Positions 58,301 to 64,000 of a DNA stretch of 64,000 nucleotides are shown piece by piece (position 1 is the first letter of the stretch; the number at the start of each line of letters is the position of its first letter). The translations under genes and the position numbers were made by a program. Under the pieces are notes generated by a model, which did not search any database, was not told the DNA's origin, and worked only from the letters and a program-made list of their open reading frames with translations. The DNA is from the human T2T-CHM13v2.0 reference genome, Homo sapiens: the NCBI RefSeq assembly GCF_009914755.1, contig NC_060928.1. One strand, written 5' to 3'.

Positions 58301-60051
58301 AAAGATGCAACTAAAAAATAACCCCAATATTTAGAGTAAGCAATAAGCATCTGTGTATCTACACACACAGAGGAATGAATATATTTATTCATGTCAATTT
58401 CTTATTAGAATGATCAAGGTGATTATAAATTTTCTCATAATAGTCCCAGGATGAGAGGCAAGTATAATACTGTGGAGTCAGATGGTTCCAGATCTGAATT
58501 CTGGCTCTGCCACCTATTCAGTATATTATCTTGGGCAAGTTATCTATTTCTTGAGCCTCAGTTTCCTGATCTTTTAGAGGTATAGAATCTTACATATGGC
58601 ATCAGTTTCAATGAACTAATACATAAAGGACCTAGTGGCAGATCTGGCAAAGAAGGGACACTCAAGTGTTTCATTCATGTCTGTGTTTCCCCTTTCAGGT
58701 GCAATGCAAGTGGGTCTACAGGCAATGCCCACTCCTGAGAATCCTGTTCCACTTCCAAGGAGCTCCAGGAGCTCTGTCTGCTCTATTGTGAATCCAACTC
58801 AATTTGATATCCCCAGGCTTATCAAAAATCAATCCTTACACTGTGGGCTCATTATTTTATAGGAAGACTGGAGTCACACTCTATTTACAAAGTCTTTGAG
58901 GTAAGTGATGACCTGTTGGAAAAATGCTTATAGTTTTAGAATTACCACACAATGCCTCTGACAAGACCTACTCCTGCTGGGATGAACTGGTTTCATGTGT
59001 ATTAGATTATATGCCAAGAAATACTTGCCTTAAGACTGGCCCAAAAGCCCTGTCGGTCAAGACTCCAAATCAACCTCCAAGCAGGTACCATAGAAATCCA
59101 AACCCTTAGGCTGGCCCAGCAGGTTGACTTCAGAGGCAGCCAATCTGTGTGTGTATCTCAAGCTTGGTAAAAACATGCAAGTATGAAAGCAAATTGAGCC
59201 ATAATCTCCACAAGTTAAATAATAAAGTAAACTTCTTATATAAGCCAAATCATGATTAACAGCTACACTTTGCTATCAGGGTAAGATAATTTGTGTTAAG
59301 AACTCATGAAAGTAATAGAATCATTCTGTGATGGTTTCAAGTATTTTCAAGCTTTACATCCTGTAATTCTAGGCTCTCTGGGACAATGCTGCTTTAGAAT
59401 TCCATCCATAGGTGATTAGGTGTAAAGTAGCTAGCCTATCCCCACTGTTGACAAAGTGAGGTCACTATGAGCTGTCAACACAGAAAAGAAAGGACCTTAA
59501 TACAACGGCTGCTGATGTTCAGGTGTCAGGGAGGGTGTGTACATGAGGCAAGAACCCAGCCGTGCAATGAAAGCAAGTTGGAGACAGGCTGGGATCAGAA
59601 ACCTAATATATTTTAAGACTAATTTATTCTAATGGCCACAACAGATAAGCCACATTGCTCACCACCAAACAGGCCACTCATGAAGCCTTTATATGTCCAT
59701 GGTGCACAGCCAGTAGCATCTATTTTGAAACTTTTTCCAGACCAAAACTATTTCTGCCTTGCTTTATAGGGTGAGGAATCCAGGGTCTCAGGGTAACATT
59801 TGTTTAAATACTAAGGTGAGTCCAAAGCTGTTCCTGAGAAAAATGTATATTTATGTGGCCACTCTTTGTGAATGTGGGATACCTTTCTACTCTGTCAAAA
59901 TCATAGGCTAGGCTCCACAACTTCCGTATTTGAAGATCACCTCTATAATCACCTCTTTTGGCTTCCTAAAAAGAGCTGATTTGAATTAGCAATAGAGAAC
60001 ACCAGCACTGCAGCCCTTACCAGGGAGCAAATGGTTAAGCTTTTTGCCAGC

Positions 60052-60415
60052 TGATATGGTTTGGCTGTGTCCCCACCCAAATCTCATCTTGAATTGTAGC
60101 TCCCATAATTCCTACATGTCATGGGAGGGACCCAGTGGAAGGTAATTGAATCATAGGGGTGGGTCTTTCTCATGCTGTTCTTTTGATAGTGAATGAATCT
60201 CATGAGATCTGATGGTTTTATAAAGGTGAGTTCCCCTACACAAGCTCTCTTGCCTGCTGCCATGTAAGATGTGACTTTGCTCCTCCTTTGCCTTCCACCA
60301 TGATTGTGAGGCCTCCCCAGCCATGTGGAACTGTGAGTCCATTAATCCTCTTTCCTTTATAAATTCCCCAGTCTGGGGTATGTCTTTATTAGCAGCATAA
60401 GAACAGACTAACACA
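60052..60415 (+). mobile_element. THE1 (MaLR) solo LTR
   Basis: TGATATGGTTTGGCTGTGTCCCCACCCAAATCTCATCTTGAATTGTAGCTCCC...AACAGACTAACACA; TSD CCAGC/GCAGC. Confidence 0.95.
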
Positions 60416-61574
60416 GCAGCCTAGTCTTACAAAGAGCCCTATTGAATGGCAATATTTTGGGAGTGTCAATAGAGATGAAGCATCTAGAATTCAGCAATTC
60501 TAGGCTCTGTAAATTCTACTTAATTCAAGTTAGCCTGCTGAACACTCTACTGTAGAACCTATTTACTGAGTGCTTAGTGCTAAAATCATCTTAACTGGCT
60601 TACAGTTCAGTGTTTAGCATTCAGTTTTTATTGAAGAGGGCTGTAAGTACCAGTTCCTATGAAATCTGTTTTTGTAGTTGTTGCAAAAGAAGAATTCCAT
60701 GGAAGCCATGATCTCTTGCAGTGACATCTCATTATACGTGCATTTAACTTATGTGAAGCAGATATTTGTGCTTGGACAGTGGGTACAGAGAGGGAAATAA
60801 TTGAAATGATGTAACATAAAATACTATAAAAGTTATATTTTGCATATGTTCTATTGATTATTATACTGTATAGGTCTACAAATATTGTGTGTATGTATAC
60901 TTCACTTAATCGACAATATAAGGAGTTTTGTTAGAGGAATTTGGATTAAACATGCTTTTTTCCTCACATGCTAATCTGGAACCTAATTCATGTGGAAAGC
61001 CGGTCATCATCCGCTGGACATGACGATTGACATCACCACTTAAGATGCCGTCTCCGGCCTGGTGTGGCTCCTGTCAGGCGAGGCCCTGGATTCCGTAAGC
61101 AGAGTTAAGACCCATGTGAAAAGTTCACCCTAGTAAAAGGTGCAGTTTCTTGCCTCGGTCCAAACGTCTCAGCACTTTCCAATCACATGTTGGGCAACTC
61201 TCCTGCACAGCCCACTTTCTAGACCTGAACTCTGCCCACTTGTTAGGGCGGCTGTGTGCTCAGGGCACAACCTTTGGCTTCTGCTGCCAGCCCCTGTGTC
61301 ACTTGCTCATCAGCTTCTCGGGAGCAGGACCTGTCTTACTCTCTGTTTCACAAATGTTTAGTAGAATATCTGGCACATAGTAAATGGCAAATCAATATTT
61401 GTGGAACAAAACTTAATCTGCATGTGACTTTATCCTTGTTCCCACTGCTGCATTCCTGAGAACAGAGCCACTGGTAACCTCCCATTCAGCAAACATCCTT
61501 TCCTGTGTCCAGCCTTGGAAGTATCCCTTGGAGTAAATCTCTCTGTAAAGTCCCCTTGCAAGAAACACTTTTTA

Positions 61575-61919
<345 letters not shown>

Positions 61920-62123
61920 CTAGTATATTCTACTTTTTCAATAATAAGAGCCATGTAAACTATCATCTCTCCCTTTCTCTGTCTCTCTCTCTCTCTGTAA
62001 GAGTGGCCAAGAACCTCAAAATAACTGTAAACTCAGTGAGAGCCACTGTATTGACCCTTTCAGTTCCATCATGTTTATATGACTTCTCTTAGATCCTGAT
62101 TTTCAGCTTGGGGATTCTATTGC

Positions 62124-62618
<495 letters not shown>

Positions 62619-62766
62619 TCATTTTTATATGTTATTTGTTGTAAAACACTCAACATTCTTCTTGGAAGAAAAAGAAATTTACATAAGTGGTATAATATAA
62701 GAAAATATGCTGCATAACATAATGATGATGGCCTTCAGGTAATGTTAACAGCATTACTTAAAATAA

Positions 62767-63090
<324 letters not shown>

Positions 63091-64000
63091 ATTATCTTAA
63101 TTTTTACTTGACCTTTGTACAATGGTATGAAAATAGTTCTCTATCAAGATTTATTCTGTTCACAACATTCTACAAGTGACTATTTTTCTTCAGAAATTAT
63201 GACAATATTAAGTGGGTGTATTAAGTAAAACAAGAAATCGGTGCCTAAGAGTTAGAATAAACTAACATATACGTACAATAAGATATACTGAGGACCACCA
63301 AGCCCCAGGAGCTGCACTTTGTCAGAGAACACTGTAACAAGCAAGACTCAGTTCCAGCCCTCAGATTGCTTATGGTCTGATGGGAAACGTAGACAGGTAA
63401 ACGGGTGAAACCTCTTGCTTGTGTCCACAGCAACTGGCAGGGTCTGCAGGAAACAGGCCATTGCCAGAAAGAAAATCATCTTACTATTATCTACACAGAG
63501 TCCAGAACAGGATGCAAAACCAACTCTTTACTGCCCCCAGTGGAAAAAATCCTCTTCAGTCCATACGGCAACAACCAGAGGGCCCTCCTAGAATCACCCT
63601 GCTCCTGGCTTCTTCAGTTTCTTCCTCTCCCCACCGTGGGCTTAGTCCTAGCTTCTTGCAAGGGGTAGGTTCCGATTTCTCCTTAAAGACTGTTGCAGAG
63701 ACAGAATTCCAGTCTCTCTGATTCTTCCCAGGGGCATATCTAAAATATCAGCAAACTGTTCTCTCCCCAGAATCAGCGGACTCGCATTGAATCTCCGTTT
63801 TAGCAAAGCCCAGGCTCCACACCTCCCCTGGGAGGCACAGAAACACAGGACAGTCCCTCCTACCCCGCCATGCAGGCAATTGCTGCACTGCTGGCATCCC
63901 CAGCTTGGGACCCAGCACAGAAGCCAGACATAGCCCCAGGGAGCCAGTGGCCAGGAGGAGTGTTCAGGGCACAGGGACCAGACGAATAAAAGCTGGAGAC

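Overview
Human-type (Alu-rich primate) genomic DNA containing the 5' end of SH3RF1 (POSH), a RING E3 ligase and JNK-pathway scaffold, on the minus strand. The gene parts visible are a CpG-island promoter (~21.9-23.4 kb), a non-coding first exon ending at 22590, exon 2 (21036-20549; 95-nt UTR plus 131 codons including the whole C3HC4 RING), and more than 20 kb of intron 2 running off the left edge. The ~40 kb to the right is upstream intergenic DNA dominated by fossil transposable elements: Alus, MIR/L2, Tigger3, MER1A, THE1/MST LTRs and an 11-kb nest of L1MC, L1MA and ERV-L. I see no second protein-coding gene, RNA gene, CRISPR array or foreign insert, and nothing that establishes a new biological system. 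The best leads cluster around exon 2: five upstream AUGs forming four uORFs, an AP-1 palindrome, a stop codon plus AATAAA and U/GU-rich element just inside intron 2 (a possible RING-only isoform), and several alternative 5' splice donors in the CpG island. Other leads are repeated hairpin-plus-duplication scars and an inverted dUTPase fragment at an ERV-L breakpoint. Repeat subfamily names come from recalled consensus sequences and their boundaries are approximate; RepeatMasker/Dfam is needed to confirm them.
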